Positions 19,281 to 28,490 of a DNA stretch of 63,760 nt are shown in pieces (position 1 is the first letter of the stretch; the number at the start of each line of letters is the position of its first letter). Source of the DNA: a bacterium. Its GTDB lineage: Bacteria; Actinomycetota; Acidimicrobiia; Spongiisociales; JAHEDJ01. The stretch spans positions 1-63,760 of the forward strand of contig JAHEDJ010000008.1 of the NCBI GenBank assembly GCA_024641325.1, written 5' to 3'. A program made the translations under genes and the position numbers. Below the pieces are notes generated by a model. That model was not told where the DNA came from. It was given only the letters and a program-made list of their open reading frames with translations, and did no database searches.

Positions 19281-19310
19281 CGCAAGTTGTCCTGCCTACC
19301 ATCGACGACC

Positions 19311-19826
19311 ATGATGACGCGGTGGCCCGGTGAGTTCTCGTTCTGCCCGATGTGCTCCACCGAACTCACCAGCCGGCACCTCGCCGGCCGGGAGCGCAGA
19401 GTCTGTGCGGAGTGTGGATACGTTCACTGGCGTAATCCCGGCGTTGGTGCCGCGGTACTCGTGCGTGACGGCGAAGGCAGGGTGCTCCTCATTCGCCGGG
19501 CTCCAGGATCGACCAAACCCGGTTTGTGGGCAATCCCGGCCGGATACGTCGACTACGGAGAAGACGTTCGAGAAGCTGCTCGCCGTGAAATGCAGGAGGA
19601 AACCGGCTTGGTCGTCGAAGTTGGTGAACCGGTGTTCGTGGCATCCAACTTCCACGATCCCGCCAAACTCACGGTCGGCATCTGGTTCGCGGGAACTATC
19701 ACCGGGGGAGTGTTAGAAGCTGGTGACGATGCCGACGAGGTGGGTTACTTCGCTCTCGATAACCTGCCACCTTTGGCGTTCGACACGGATACAGCCCTGT
19801 TGACCTCGCTTCGTGAAGGAACCTGA
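19311..19826 (+). CDS. NUDIX hydrolase with N-terminal zinc ribbon
   Basis: FCPMC...VCAEC..HWRNP and Nudix box GYVDYGEDVREAARREMQEETGL. The start is reassigned from the longer 18609 ORF. Confidence 0.9.
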   Translation: MMTRWPGEFSFCPMCSTELTSRHLAGRERRVCAECGYVHWRNPGVGAAVLVRDGEGRVLLIRRAPGSTKPGLWAIPAGYVDYGEDVREAARREMQEETGLVVEVGEPVFVASNFHDPAKLTVGIWFAGTITGGVLEAGDDADEVGYFALDNLPPLAFDTDTALLTSLREGT

Positions 19827-19830
19827 GCCC

Positions 19831-20451
19831 CTAGGCCGAGGACGACGTGGACGCCGACTCCGGCTCCCATACGCTCATTTCGCGCCATGGAGTATCCGGA
19901 CGAAGCGAAACGACCGCTGCGTGCCCCGGCTTCCCTTCCTGCTGTCTCCGATGATCGGCGCCCGTCAGGCGGAGCCGGGCGGCATGGATCGGATCCTGGT
20001 GGCCGACCATTACAACGTCGCCGTTCGAATACCGGGCAGAGAGCTCCGTCGCCACCTCGGCCACCCGGTCCGCCAGTTCTTCGAGCGATTCGGGGGTAAA
20101 ATCAAGGTCCCACGGATGAGTGAGGTACGCCTCGAGCTCCCCGGGAAGCCGTTGCGGCAGCTCCTCCCACCGAATGCCCGACCATCGCGATGAAAGATGC
20201 CACTCCGTCAGCCTCTCGTCGACGTGGACGGGTAGCTGGTGCCTGGCCGCAATGAAGTGAGCGGTCTCAATTGCCCTCTGGAGCGGAGACGACCACACGG
20301 CGACTACCGGTCGCGAAGATAGAAACCGGCCGGCCTCTTTCGCCTGGAGATTGCCCAGTGTGCTCAGCCCGAAGCCTGGCAAGTCCGCGTACACGAGATG
20401 CTTGGGGTTCTCGACTTCTCCGTGTCGCGTCAGATGAACCATCGATGCCAT
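19831..20451 (-). CDS. Histidine phosphatase (phosphoglycerate mutase-like) family protein
   Basis: RHGE motif, SSPLQRAIETA and VGHQDPI. Confidence 0.88.
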   Translation of the reverse strand: MASMVHLTRHGEVENPKHLVYADLPGFGLSTLGNLQAKEAGRFLSSRPVVAVWSSPLQRAIETAHFIAARHQLPVHVDERLTEWHLSSRWSGIRWEELPQRLPGELEAYLTHPWDLDFTPESLEELADRVAEVATELSARYSNGDVVMVGHQDPIHAARLRLTGADHRRQQEGKPGHAAVVSLRPDTPWREMSVWEPESASTSSSA

Positions 20452-20464
20452 GCGGCGAGTGTAA

Positions 20465-21706
20465 ATGGTTGCAGGTCTCGAACGGTTCGTCTCACCATGG
20501 GCCGTGTTCTATCGTCGGAGCGTGCCGTCCGAACAGCCCTTCCGCGAGCCGATCATCCACCTGGACATGGACGCCTTCTTCGTTGAGGTGGAGCGACTCC
20601 GTAGCCGGGAGTTGCGTGGTGCGAGTGTGGTCGTAGGCGGCGCCGGCCCCCGAGGTGTCGTAGCTTCGGCGTCGTATGAAGCTAGATCGTTTGGCATCCG
20701 GTCTGCCATGCCGATCGGGAGAGCCAGACGTCTCTGTCCCCAACTGATCGTCGTCCCACCGGATCATGTCGAATACCGTCGAGTCAGCGCGCTCGTATTC
20801 GAGATCCTCCGGCGATTCACGCCGCACGTCGAGGGTCTATCCATCGACGAGGCGTTCCTGGACGTTGCCGGCATGCGCCGCCACTTCGAGGACACTCCGT
20901 CGGTGGCCGAAGCAATTCGGCAGACGATACGGTCGGAACTCGGCCTTCCATCGTCGGCAGGCGTAGCTCCGAACAAGCTTCTGGCGAAGCTGGCCTCTCA
21001 GGAGGCAAAGCCCGATGGGGTTCGCCTGGTGGCCGCGGACGGAGTCGATGGATTTCTTCACCCACTGCCGGTGCGGCGCCTCTGGGGTGTTGGCGAGGCT
21101 ACCTATGCGCTGCTCGAGCGCCTGGGTGTCCGGACGATCGGAGATCTGGCGGGCGTTCCGCCGGCGACTCTGGAGAGAAGGATAGGAGCGACGCTCGGCC
21201 GCCATCTCCATCAGCTCGCGCGGGGGGTCGATGACCGCCCGGTGGCCGGGGGTGCTGAGGCGAAATCGATCTCAGTAGAGATCACTTACGACGTGGATAT
21301 CGAAGGTGCGGACAAGATCGAAGCCGAGTTGCTGCGGCAATCCGAGCAGGTAGCCGAGAGGTTGCGAAGAGCGGGAATGGCCGGCCGCACGATCACGCTG
21401 AAGATTCGATTCGGAGATTTCACGACGATTACTCGCAGCCGTACGCTCGAATCGTCTACGAATGTCGGACGCGACATCTATCGCACAGCGTTCCAACTCC
21501 TGCAACGGTCTGAAGTTGGCGGCAGGCCGGTTCGTCTGATCGGAATTGGTCTGTCCACGCTCGAGGCCGGCGGGGCCCCTCACCAGCTGGCAACCGATCG
21601 TCCGGCAACCTGGGACGATCTAGCAGATGCGATTTCAGAGGTGCGTGAGAGGTTCGGGTCCGAGGCGGTTCAACCCGCTAGATTGACTCGCCCGGAGGGC
21701 GATTGA
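20465..21706 (+). CDS. dinB: DNA polymerase IV (true start may be GTG 20522)
   Basis: IIHLDMDAFF, ASYEAR, SIDEAFLD, NKLLAKLAS..KPDG and little-finger domain TLKIRF..F...TRS. Confidence 0.95.
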   Translation: MVAGLERFVSPWAVFYRRSVPSEQPFREPIIHLDMDAFFVEVERLRSRELRGASVVVGGAGPRGVVASASYEARSFGIRSAMPIGRARRLCPQLIVVPPDHVEYRRVSALVFEILRRFTPHVEGLSIDEAFLDVAGMRRHFEDTPSVAEAIRQTIRSELGLPSSAGVAPNKLLAKLASQEAKPDGVRLVAADGVDGFLHPLPVRRLWGVGEATYALLERLGVRTIGDLAGVPPATLERRIGATLGRHLHQLARGVDDRPVAGGAEAKSISVEITYDVDIEGADKIEAELLRQSEQVAERLRRAGMAGRTITLKIRFGDFTTITRSRTLESSTNVGRDIYRTAFQLLQRSEVGGRPVRLIGIGLSTLEAGGAPHQLATDRPATWDDLADAISEVRERFGSEAVQPARLTRPEGD

Positions 21707-21734
21707 CGCCAAGACTCTTTGTCGGGCCGCAACG

Positions 21735-21740
21735 TATAAT
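21735..21740 (+). promoter_or_regulatory. -10 element TATAAT upstream of the DUF3040 gene
   Basis: Perfect TATAAT in a GC-rich intergenic region, 35 nt before the ATG. No clear -35 at canonical spacing. Confidence 0.45.
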
Positions 21741-21775
21741 GGGGCCACAAGGGATAGGATTCAACGGAAGCGCAG

Positions 21776-22135
21776 ATGCCATTAGACGACCGAGAGCAGC
21801 AGATCCTGGCGGAGATCGAGCGCCAGTTCTATCAGGACGATCCTGATCTCGCTAACGCCGTCCGGAATATCTCCGGGCGTGGTCTGAGCCGCTGGGCAGG
21901 TCGTCTGGCCATCGCCGGGATATTCGTCGGAATCATCACGTTGATCGCAACGTTTCGGTACAACACTTTCATCGCCTTGACCGGCTTTTTGATGATCGTG
22001 ATCTCGACGACGGCAGTTCTGCGTGGTTACCGGCGTCGCGACGGTGCCGGCAACAGGGAATCGGAAGGCCCCGGGTTGTGGAGTTCCTGGACTGCGAAAA
22101 TCCGGAATAATCGACGGTTCCGACCCCCGTCCTAA
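21776..22135 (+). CDS. DUF3040 family membrane protein
   Basis: MPLDDREQQILAEIERQFYQDDPDLA N-terminus plus 2 TM; conserved position after dinB. Confidence 0.88.
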   Translation: MPLDDREQQILAEIERQFYQDDPDLANAVRNISGRGLSRWAGRLAIAGIFVGIITLIATFRYNTFIALTGFLMIVISTTAVLRGYRRRDGAGNRESEGPGLWSSWTAKIRNNRRFRPPS

Positions 22136-22257
22136 GTCGCTAGAGTGGCCCCCCGGCGCACCGGGAGTCGGGAAGCCCCGGTCACTTCGGCGCCGGATTG
22201 AGGATTTGAATTCGTGGCGATCGACGATCGTCGCCGAGCATTTTGGGGAGTTGAGGT

Positions 22258-22752
22258 TTGAACGACGGATACACGGCTCAGCAGGCATCGAAGCTGACAG
22301 GCTGCACACCTCATCAACTCCGCTATTGGGATCGCGTCGACCTGGTCCGCCCGTCGTTGCAATCAACGGGCGGCCGGCCCGGCGTTCGTCGTCTGTATTC
22401 GTTCCGTGACCTCGTCGCGTTGCGCGTTGTCCGGAGCCTGCTCGACAACGGAATGTCGGTGCAGCGCGTTCGGCGTGCCTGGGACTATCTGCGGCGCAAT
22501 GCCGGAATGGAATCGCATCTGGCGGAGGTGAAGCTCATCACGGATGGCACCTCGATTTTCAAGATCGCCTCGGACGACGGAGAGCTGCTCGATGCACTTC
22601 GTGAAGGTCAGATGGCGTTTTTTGTTGCGATCGATTCGATCACCCGGGAAGTTGAAGAGGACGTAACCCGCTTCGAACTCGATCGGGATCACTTCCTCGA
22701 GATACTGCGCCTCGTCGAAGAGGACGTAGCTTCAGAGGCGTCCGGTTCGTAG
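22258..22752 (+). CDS. MerR-family regulator, Rv1830/McdR-like
   Basis: GYT...TGCTPHQLRYW....LVRPS.......RRLYSFRDLVALRVVRSLLDNGMS, followed by LITDG...LLDAL..GQMAF; TTG start. Confidence 0.82.
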   Translation: MNDGYTAQQASKLTGCTPHQLRYWDRVDLVRPSLQSTGGRPGVRRLYSFRDLVALRVVRSLLDNGMSVQRVRRAWDYLRRNAGMESHLAEVKLITDGTSIFKIASDDGELLDALREGQMAFFVAIDSITREVEEDVTRFELDRDHFLEILRLVEEDVASEASGS

Positions 22753-22790
22753 AGACGGGCTTGGCGGTCGGTGATTGGGCTCTTGCCGGC

Positions 22791-25169
22791 CTAGCCGTTC
22801 TTGCGAAGTGATTGCGGCGTCAGCCACGATCTGACTATCTGCCAGCGCGAGTGCCGATGGCGTAAGACAGATTCGGCGGACTCGAACGATCTCGTTCCGA
22901 TCTCCACTTGCCGTCGGCCCAGCCGACGAGGCGGCCCGTACACGGTCTCGCCGTAGACCGCGGCGAGGGCTGTGAGAGATGGTTCGGTCGTTGCCGCAAG
23001 TTCTGCAGGCGTCTTCCACTCTGAAACGTCGTAGCGAAGGTCCGTCAGGCGATCGACGATTTCGTCCCATGCCGCCGAGATGTCACCGGTTTTCAATCTC
23101 CGAAGCCGCAGCCGTCGGCGGATCCACTTGATGGCAGGAGTCAGTCCGATCAACGAGCCACCTGTGGCCAGGAGAATCCATCCCCAGGGAATGCCGCCTC
23201 CGGTGGCGGCGTCGCCGGAGCCGACAAAGGGGGTGTTGGCTTCGAGGATGTCATCTGGGTTCTCCAGCAGCGCGTCCCGATCGGGGCCGAAGGGGATCGG
23301 TTGTCCATCCGGGCCGAGTACGACGTTATCGTCGAACGACTCAGGCTCCGGCACATACAGAGTCGGATCGAACCCGGCGAGGCTGTCGACCGCGGAGGGA
23401 TTGTCCCCTGCACCTCTCGGGGTCGGATCGAAGCGAACCCACCCTTGGCCTTCCATCCACAGTTCGACCCATGAATGTGCGTTGCGCTGCCGAACGACGA
23501 TCAGGCCATCGTTCTGGAGATCGCCCGGCGTGAAGCCGATGACAACCCGACTCGGTATATCGAGAACACGCGCAAGGACCGCCAGCGAGGTTGCGAACTG
23601 TTCGCAGTAGCCGGTTCGGTACCCGGGGCTATCGGGATCAGTCAGCCAGTCGGCGAGGTTCTCGGCCGAGTGACCGGGCTCGATGTCGACTGAATACTGG
23701 AAGCCGCCCGGCTGAGTGTTGCGCAGAAACCGTTCGAGGAACAACGCTTTTTCGAAATCGCCTGTTGCATCGAGGGTTTCGTCTCTGGCCAGAGCAAGCA
23801 GTCGGACGTCGAGGTCGTCCGGAAGCTCGAGAAAATCCTCGAGATCTTCGGGTGGTTCGATGGCGGGCGAGGTGGTTGCCGTTCCATCGAAGGCGGTGTC
23901 ATCGGCCGCAGTGGCAAAAACAGGTGAGAGTTCGCCGTTGACCGTGGCGAGGACGTTGATATCGGGTCGCGGCACCTCGGACCGAACCCGATAGGTGAGT
24001 CCTTCGAACGTCAAGGCGTCAAACCGCACTGAGGCGTCGTTGCGAACGCGGAGGCTTTGCGAGACGACCTCCGTCTCAGAAGTAATGCCGTTCGGCGCGT
24101 ACAACGCAGGAAGATAGTTCATTTGAAGGGATCGAATCTGGATGACCTGGTCAACGGTTGTGGTGGGTCCTCGAAACTCGTGACCTTCGGCTTCCCACGC
24201 CTCTCCAGCTGCAGGAGTTCGGCTGCCACGGTTTGTGAGGTACCAGTTCTCCCCGTCGAAAGCGTCGAGGGTCACGAGCCGCCAGTACATGTCGTTGTGG
24301 CTCAGATCGGAATCCGAGACTCTGGCTACGAAGACGGGTTCGTCGGACAGTGAAAGCAACGATTCCTGGACGATTCCGGTGTACAAGTTGTAGGAGACGC
24401 CTCCGTAGATGCCGTCGCCGAAGCCGGAGCGGCTGCGCCACTCGAGGACACCGCTTTCGGGGACACGGTTCGCGGCTGCATCTGTGCCGAACAGCGTGAG
24501 GGACCCGAGCGCGACGAGGACCACGACGGGGACGAACCAACTGTTGCGAGGCATGGCGAGGCCGTCGGGGCCCCGGAGACGCCCGGTGCCCTTCAGCCGG
24601 TCCTCCCCGGCGATGCCGGCGATAGTCAACATGACGAGGATCAGGAACGAGACGGTCCAGGGGAGCCTCGAGGGGGCTCTGTCGATCGTCGAGAGCTGCA
24701 AATAGAACATGAGCGCCGGAACGCTCCCGATCCACGGATGGCCGGAGGTGAGTCCCCAGACCGCCAGCATGCCGAAGGTCCAGAACACCATCGCCAGGAT
24801 TATGACCAACCCGACGTATGGGACGACCGGGGCATTCCCGAAGCGAAGGAGTTGCAATGCGAACGAGAACTCCTCAGTCAACTCGGCGAAAGTGGTCGCG
24901 GTCGGGAGGATGCCGAAGGTGAGGGTGTCCGGCGCTCCGATGCGGACAACCGCCAGGAGCATGCCGCCCGCGTTCAGAGCGATCGTCCCGAACCGTCCGA
25001 CCCGATAGGCACGGGCCACCCAGGTGATCACCCCGCCGAGGATCACGGAGGCGATCAGGATGATCTCCCATGATGCTGCCGTCTCCGCTGGTCGCAGGAG
25101 TCGTTGCAGCCGGAACAGATCGAGTAGGACCGCTCCCGATACGGCTAGCGCGCTGAGACGGTAGACCAT
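22791..25169 (-). CDS. Membrane transglutaminase-like protein (TgpA/DUF3488 type)
   Basis: N-terminal TMs and the Cys-His-Asp triad in GYCEQFA, AHSWVE and FDPTP. Confidence 0.92.
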   Translation of the reverse strand: MVYRLSALAVSGAVLLDLFRLQRLLRPAETAASWEIILIASVILGGVITWVARAYRVGRFGTIALNAGGMLLAVVRIGAPDTLTFGILPTATTFAELTEEFSFALQLLRFGNAPVVPYVGLVIILAMVFWTFGMLAVWGLTSGHPWIGSVPALMFYLQLSTIDRAPSRLPWTVSFLILVMLTIAGIAGEDRLKGTGRLRGPDGLAMPRNSWFVPVVVLVALGSLTLFGTDAAANRVPESGVLEWRSRSGFGDGIYGGVSYNLYTGIVQESLLSLSDEPVFVARVSDSDLSHNDMYWRLVTLDAFDGENWYLTNRGSRTPAAGEAWEAEGHEFRGPTTTVDQVIQIRSLQMNYLPALYAPNGITSETEVVSQSLRVRNDASVRFDALTFEGLTYRVRSEVPRPDINVLATVNGELSPVFATAADDTAFDGTATTSPAIEPPEDLEDFLELPDDLDVRLLALARDETLDATGDFEKALFLERFLRNTQPGGFQYSVDIEPGHSAENLADWLTDPDSPGYRTGYCEQFATSLAVLARVLDIPSRVVIGFTPGDLQNDGLIVVRQRNAHSWVELWMEGQGWVRFDPTPRGAGDNPSAVDSLAGFDPTLYVPEPESFDDNVVLGPDGQPIPFGPDRDALLENPDDILEANTPFVGSGDAATGGGIPWGWILLATGGSLIGLTPAIKWIRRRLRLRRLKTGDISAAWDEIVDRLTDLRYDVSEWKTPAELAATTEPSLTALAAVYGETVYGPPRRLGRRQVEIGTRSFESAESVLRHRHSRWQIVRSWLTPQSLRKNG

Positions 25170-26329
25170 GTTCTCCTCGTTGCTTCAAGCCACGCGGACG
25201 ACCATGAACCGTCCGCCGGAACGGAGATTGTGACAACACCTGCTCTCTGATAATCGAGGAGGCCGGCGGAGGGTTCGGAACTGACCGACAGCAAGATCGT
25301 GGCCGGGTACTCCCTTGCCAGCATCTGCTGCGCCGCGAAGAGGTTGGGATCGGGGCGGCCGCTCACAAAGATCAGCACGCCGCCGTCACCGGTTTGGCGC
25401 AGAGCGCTGAGGACCGAGCGGATATCGAGGTCGCGCTGAAGTCTGATTCCCGCCAGAGCCTCCATTGCCCGTGGGAACGAATCGGGATCCCTGCTGGATG
25501 CTTGCGCTGTGCCGGTCCAGAGGTCGGTGTCGAATCCTGAAGCGAAGAGATGTCGCACCACCGAGGCTGCGCCACTCACTGCTTTCTCGAAATCGGCCGG
25601 GTTTTCGTATCGATCTTCCCGCGCGTCGAGAACCACGAGAGCTCGCGACTGCCAAGGAGTTTCGAGCTGGCGAATCATGAGCTCGTCTCTCTTGGCCGAA
25701 CTGGGCCAGTGGACTCTGCGCAGGTCGTCACCCGTGCGGTATTCCCGCAGCGTGAAGAAGTCCTCTCCACCCCGATGGGAAAACTCTGGACGTACCGCGT
25801 GCATCGACGGGTCGCGCCCGCGCACGACCGGGAAATCATCGAGCGGCTCGATCGTGGGATACACGACCAGTCGGTCGGCCTCGCCCAGTTCGACGGTTCT
25901 TTGGGCGAAACGGAGTGGGTCGCTGAGCGTGAGGCGGGTGGGACCGACCTGGTAGATACCGCGCGGCCGGCACAGGATTTGATAGGTCCCGGTGGTTACC
26001 GACTGCGGTTTGAGACGGGCAGTCGCGAACCGGGCCGACCCGAGTTCCAGAACCTCGTCTTCGATCGTCGGATTGAAGATGGACCAACGACCGGTATTGG
26101 TGACCGCAGTCCTCACCAAAGCCTGGTCCCCTTCGCGGACGAGTGTTGGACGAAGGTGTCTGATAACTCGAGCAGACGGCTTGCTGAAACGCGTATACAG
26201 CGAGGCCGCGATGGCCGCCGTTGTCAGGAAGAGGCCGGTGGCGAGCAGTTCGGTCTCGCCCAGCGCGATCCACAACAAGACGAGCGCCAGGCTCGCTCCG
26301 AGCGCCGCCCAGCCCCTGTCGGTGAGCAT
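25145..26329 (-). CDS. DUF58 family protein
   Basis: LREYRTGDDLRRVHWPSSAK and FEKAVSGAAS; lies between MoxR and TGase. Confidence 0.92.
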   Translation of the reverse strand: MLTDRGWAALGASLALVLLWIALGETELLATGLFLTTAAIAASLYTRFSKPSARVIRHLRPTLVREGDQALVRTAVTNTGRWSIFNPTIEDEVLELGSARFATARLKPQSVTTGTYQILCRPRGIYQVGPTRLTLSDPLRFAQRTVELGEADRLVVYPTIEPLDDFPVVRGRDPSMHAVRPEFSHRGGEDFFTLREYRTGDDLRRVHWPSSAKRDELMIRQLETPWQSRALVVLDAREDRYENPADFEKAVSGAASVVRHLFASGFDTDLWTGTAQASSRDPDSFPRAMEALAGIRLQRDLDIRSVLSALRQTGDGGVLIFVSGRPDPNLFAAQQMLAREYPATILLSVSSEPSAGLLDYQRAGVVTISVPADGSWSSAWLEATRRTWSTVSAR

Positions 26330-27312
26330 CAGCTAATCGTTCTGGATCCCGGCACCGGAATCTGCCGCAGAACCGAGGAAAGCACGTCGGGAATCGCCGT
26401 ACCGCGCATTTGCGCCTCGGGTCGCAGCGCCATCCGGTGGGCCAGTACCGGTTCGACGATTGCCTTGATGTCGTCCGGGTTCACGAAATCGCGCCCCTCG
26501 CTGGCAGCCCTTGTACGCGCGACTCTCTGCAAGAACAGCGCCGAGCGCGGAGAAGCCCCGAGCAGAACCTCGTCGTGCTGGCGTGTCGCTTCGACGATGT
26601 CGATTATGTACCCTTTGACTGCAGGGGATACGTGCACCTGCCTGGCAATGTCGATCATCCTCGTCACGTTCGCCGCGCTGATGACCGGCACAAGAGACTC
26701 GAACACCGACCGGATGCCGTGCGCGTCGAGGATTTCGAGGCCCTTCTCCCGGCTGGGGTACCCGATTGTGAGGCGCATCATGAATCGGTCGAGCTGCGCC
26801 TCTGGCAGGGGATAGGTCCCCTCGTGTTCGAGAGGGTTCTGAGTGGCAACCACCATGAACGGGGGCGGGAGGGGCCGGGTCGTACCGTCGACGGTGACCT
26901 GGCGCTCTTCCATCGCCTCGAGGAGGGCTGCCTGGGTCTTCGGGCTGGCCCGATTGATCTCATCGCCGACCACGATGTTGGCGAAGATTGCACCCGGTTT
27001 GAACTCGAACTCACTCGATCCCCGATTCCAAACGGAGACGCCGGTGATGTCAGAAGGCAGCAGATCCGGAGTGAACTGTATGCGTTGGAAATGGCTCTCG
27101 ATCGATGTTGCGAGTGATTTGGCCAGGAGCGTTTTCCCGACTCCCGGCACGTCTTCGATGAGGGCATGCCCCTCGGCGATCAGGCAAATCACGATTAGAT
27201 CGATGACCGCCCGTTTGCCCTGTATGACTCGCTCGATGTTGTCGCCAATCTCGGCGAACTGATCTGAGAACCAGACGACGTCCTCTCGTTCCACGGCTTC
27301 AATCGTCGTCAC
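26329..27312 (-). CDS. moxR: MoxR-family AAA+ ATPase
   Basis: EDVPGVGKT, RIQFTPDLLPSD, DEINRASPKTQAALL and LPEAQLDRF motifs. Confidence 0.95.
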   Translation of the reverse strand: MTTIEAVEREDVVWFSDQFAEIGDNIERVIQGKRAVIDLIVICLIAEGHALIEDVPGVGKTLLAKSLATSIESHFQRIQFTPDLLPSDITGVSVWNRGSSEFEFKPGAIFANIVVGDEINRASPKTQAALLEAMEERQVTVDGTTRPLPPPFMVVATQNPLEHEGTYPLPEAQLDRFMMRLTIGYPSREKGLEILDAHGIRSVFESLVPVISAANVTRMIDIARQVHVSPAVKGYIIDIVEATRQHDEVLLGASPRSALFLQRVARTRAASEGRDFVNPDDIKAIVEPVLAHRMALRPEAQMRGTAIPDVLSSVLRQIPVPGSRTIS

Positions 27313-27384
27313 AGGTTCGATCCTCCTCGATTTGCGCCAACCTAGGTTATCAAAGGCTGGAAGCCATGTTGATAAAGGCGGCTC

Positions 27385-27657
27385 ATGATGTCATATACTG
27401 CGATCGGGATGGGGCAAGTGTCTTCAGCGACGCGAGAGCTGGTACGTCACCCCGGCCTTTGGCCGGAGGCGATTAGATCTATGTTCGCGCTGGCTCCCTT
27501 GCGGTGGTGGGCGCGAGCGCCTTTTCTGCCGTTGCCGGAGCGGCGATACCTGGCCTGGAGGATCGGCACAGCATACGGCGACGCCGGTGCCGATCTCACG
27601 GGCAAAGATCTCGTGGCGTACCTACGATGGCGGCGAAGGCGGCGGGGATTGACATGA
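27385..27657 (+). CDS. Small Trp/Arg-rich hypothetical protein (start may be 27409)
   Basis: HPGLW...WW...PFLPLP...YL.WR..TAYG...DLVAYLRW reads as a real protein. Its stop overlaps the next ATG (ATGA at 27654-27657). Confidence 0.65.
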   Translation: MMSYTAIGMGQVSSATRELVRHPGLWPEAIRSMFALAPLRWWARAPFLPLPERRYLAWRIGTAYGDAGADLTGKDLVAYLRWRRRRRGLT

Positions 27658-28295
27658 CTGTGTTGCATGACGAACTGATAGCGATCGACGGCGTGGCGCA
27701 AGCCCAGGTCGAGATCGTGGATGATGGTTCTCCGTCGGTGCGACTTCAGGTCGAGCCGGGCGCCGATCGGCGTCGGGTTGGAGAGCTCGTTCAGCAGATC
27801 CTTGCAAAACACGGGCTCAAATCGCGTCTGGCGCCCGAGCAGGTGAGCACCGAACCGGTCTCGGCTCCGGAGTCGCCCGTGAATGCATCCGTGCCCAAAG
27901 TTGAGACCGAGCCGGCGTCGCGCCCTCTCGTCGCTCCCGGCAGTGAAGATGTAATGCACCAGCTGCGTCGGCTCAGATCCGTCGCGGTTGAGGAGGATCG
28001 GTCAAGCGTCGTCGTCACGGTCCGCGATGATCGGGGTGGCTCGGCCAGAGCTGTGGGACAACCCGGACGTGCCGCCCTGCGCGACGCAGTCGCGACGGCG
28101 GTGTTCGAGCTGATCGGCGAAGGCGGAGCGCCTCCTTCGATTGTGGCTATCCATCGAGCCTCTGAAGGAGACCGGCAGATGATCACAGTGGTGCTCGACC
28201 GTGGCGCCGGGAATCTGACCGTTGGATCGGCGTTCGTGAGCGTTGGCTGGGAGTACGCTTTCGGCCGTGCAATCTGGGCGGCGCTCACGAACTGA
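27654..28295 (+). CDS. Hypothetical two-domain protein; C-terminal part resembles a LeuA regulatory-domain-like fold
   Basis: ATGA coupling defines the start. N-domain IDGVAQAQV..., Pro/Glu linker, C-domain ending VGSAFV......A..RA...AL. Confidence 0.65.
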   Translation: MTVLHDELIAIDGVAQAQVEIVDDGSPSVRLQVEPGADRRRVGELVQQILAKHGLKSRLAPEQVSTEPVSAPESPVNASVPKVETEPASRPLVAPGSEDVMHQLRRLRSVAVEEDRSSVVVTVRDDRGGSARAVGQPGRAALRDAVATAVFELIGEGGAPPSIVAIHRASEGDRQMITVVLDRGAGNLTVGSAFVSVGWEYAFGRAIWAALTN

Positions 28296-28490
28296 GCTGT
28301 CGGCTATGGGCCTCGGGCTTCGAGCCCGGTCATGCCGTATCCGAGTACGGGGAATCTGGGTGGCGGTTGTCTGACTTCAGTTTCCGAGGCGGATGACCGC
28401 TGCGTCCACCGAAGCTTTTGAGCCAGCCGATTCCCGTTAGGAGATCCTCAGCAACCAGCATTTCGCTTCCGCTCAGCAGGATGTCCGGTC

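Noticed and set aside
18609-19310. N-terminal extension of the NUDIX ORF
   Set aside because: It is antisense to the membrane-protein gene and low in complexity. The recognisable domain starts near 19311.
20478-20512. LexA/SOS box upstream of dinB
   Set aside because: CGAAC-G-GTTCG has a 1-nt spacer instead of 4, and other candidates match only one half-site.
28347-28437. Hammerhead ribozyme, SRP or 6S RNA
   Set aside because: GAAAC..GUC is present on the minus strand but there is no CUGANGA core. There is no SRP helix-8 motif, and the segment is too short for 6S.
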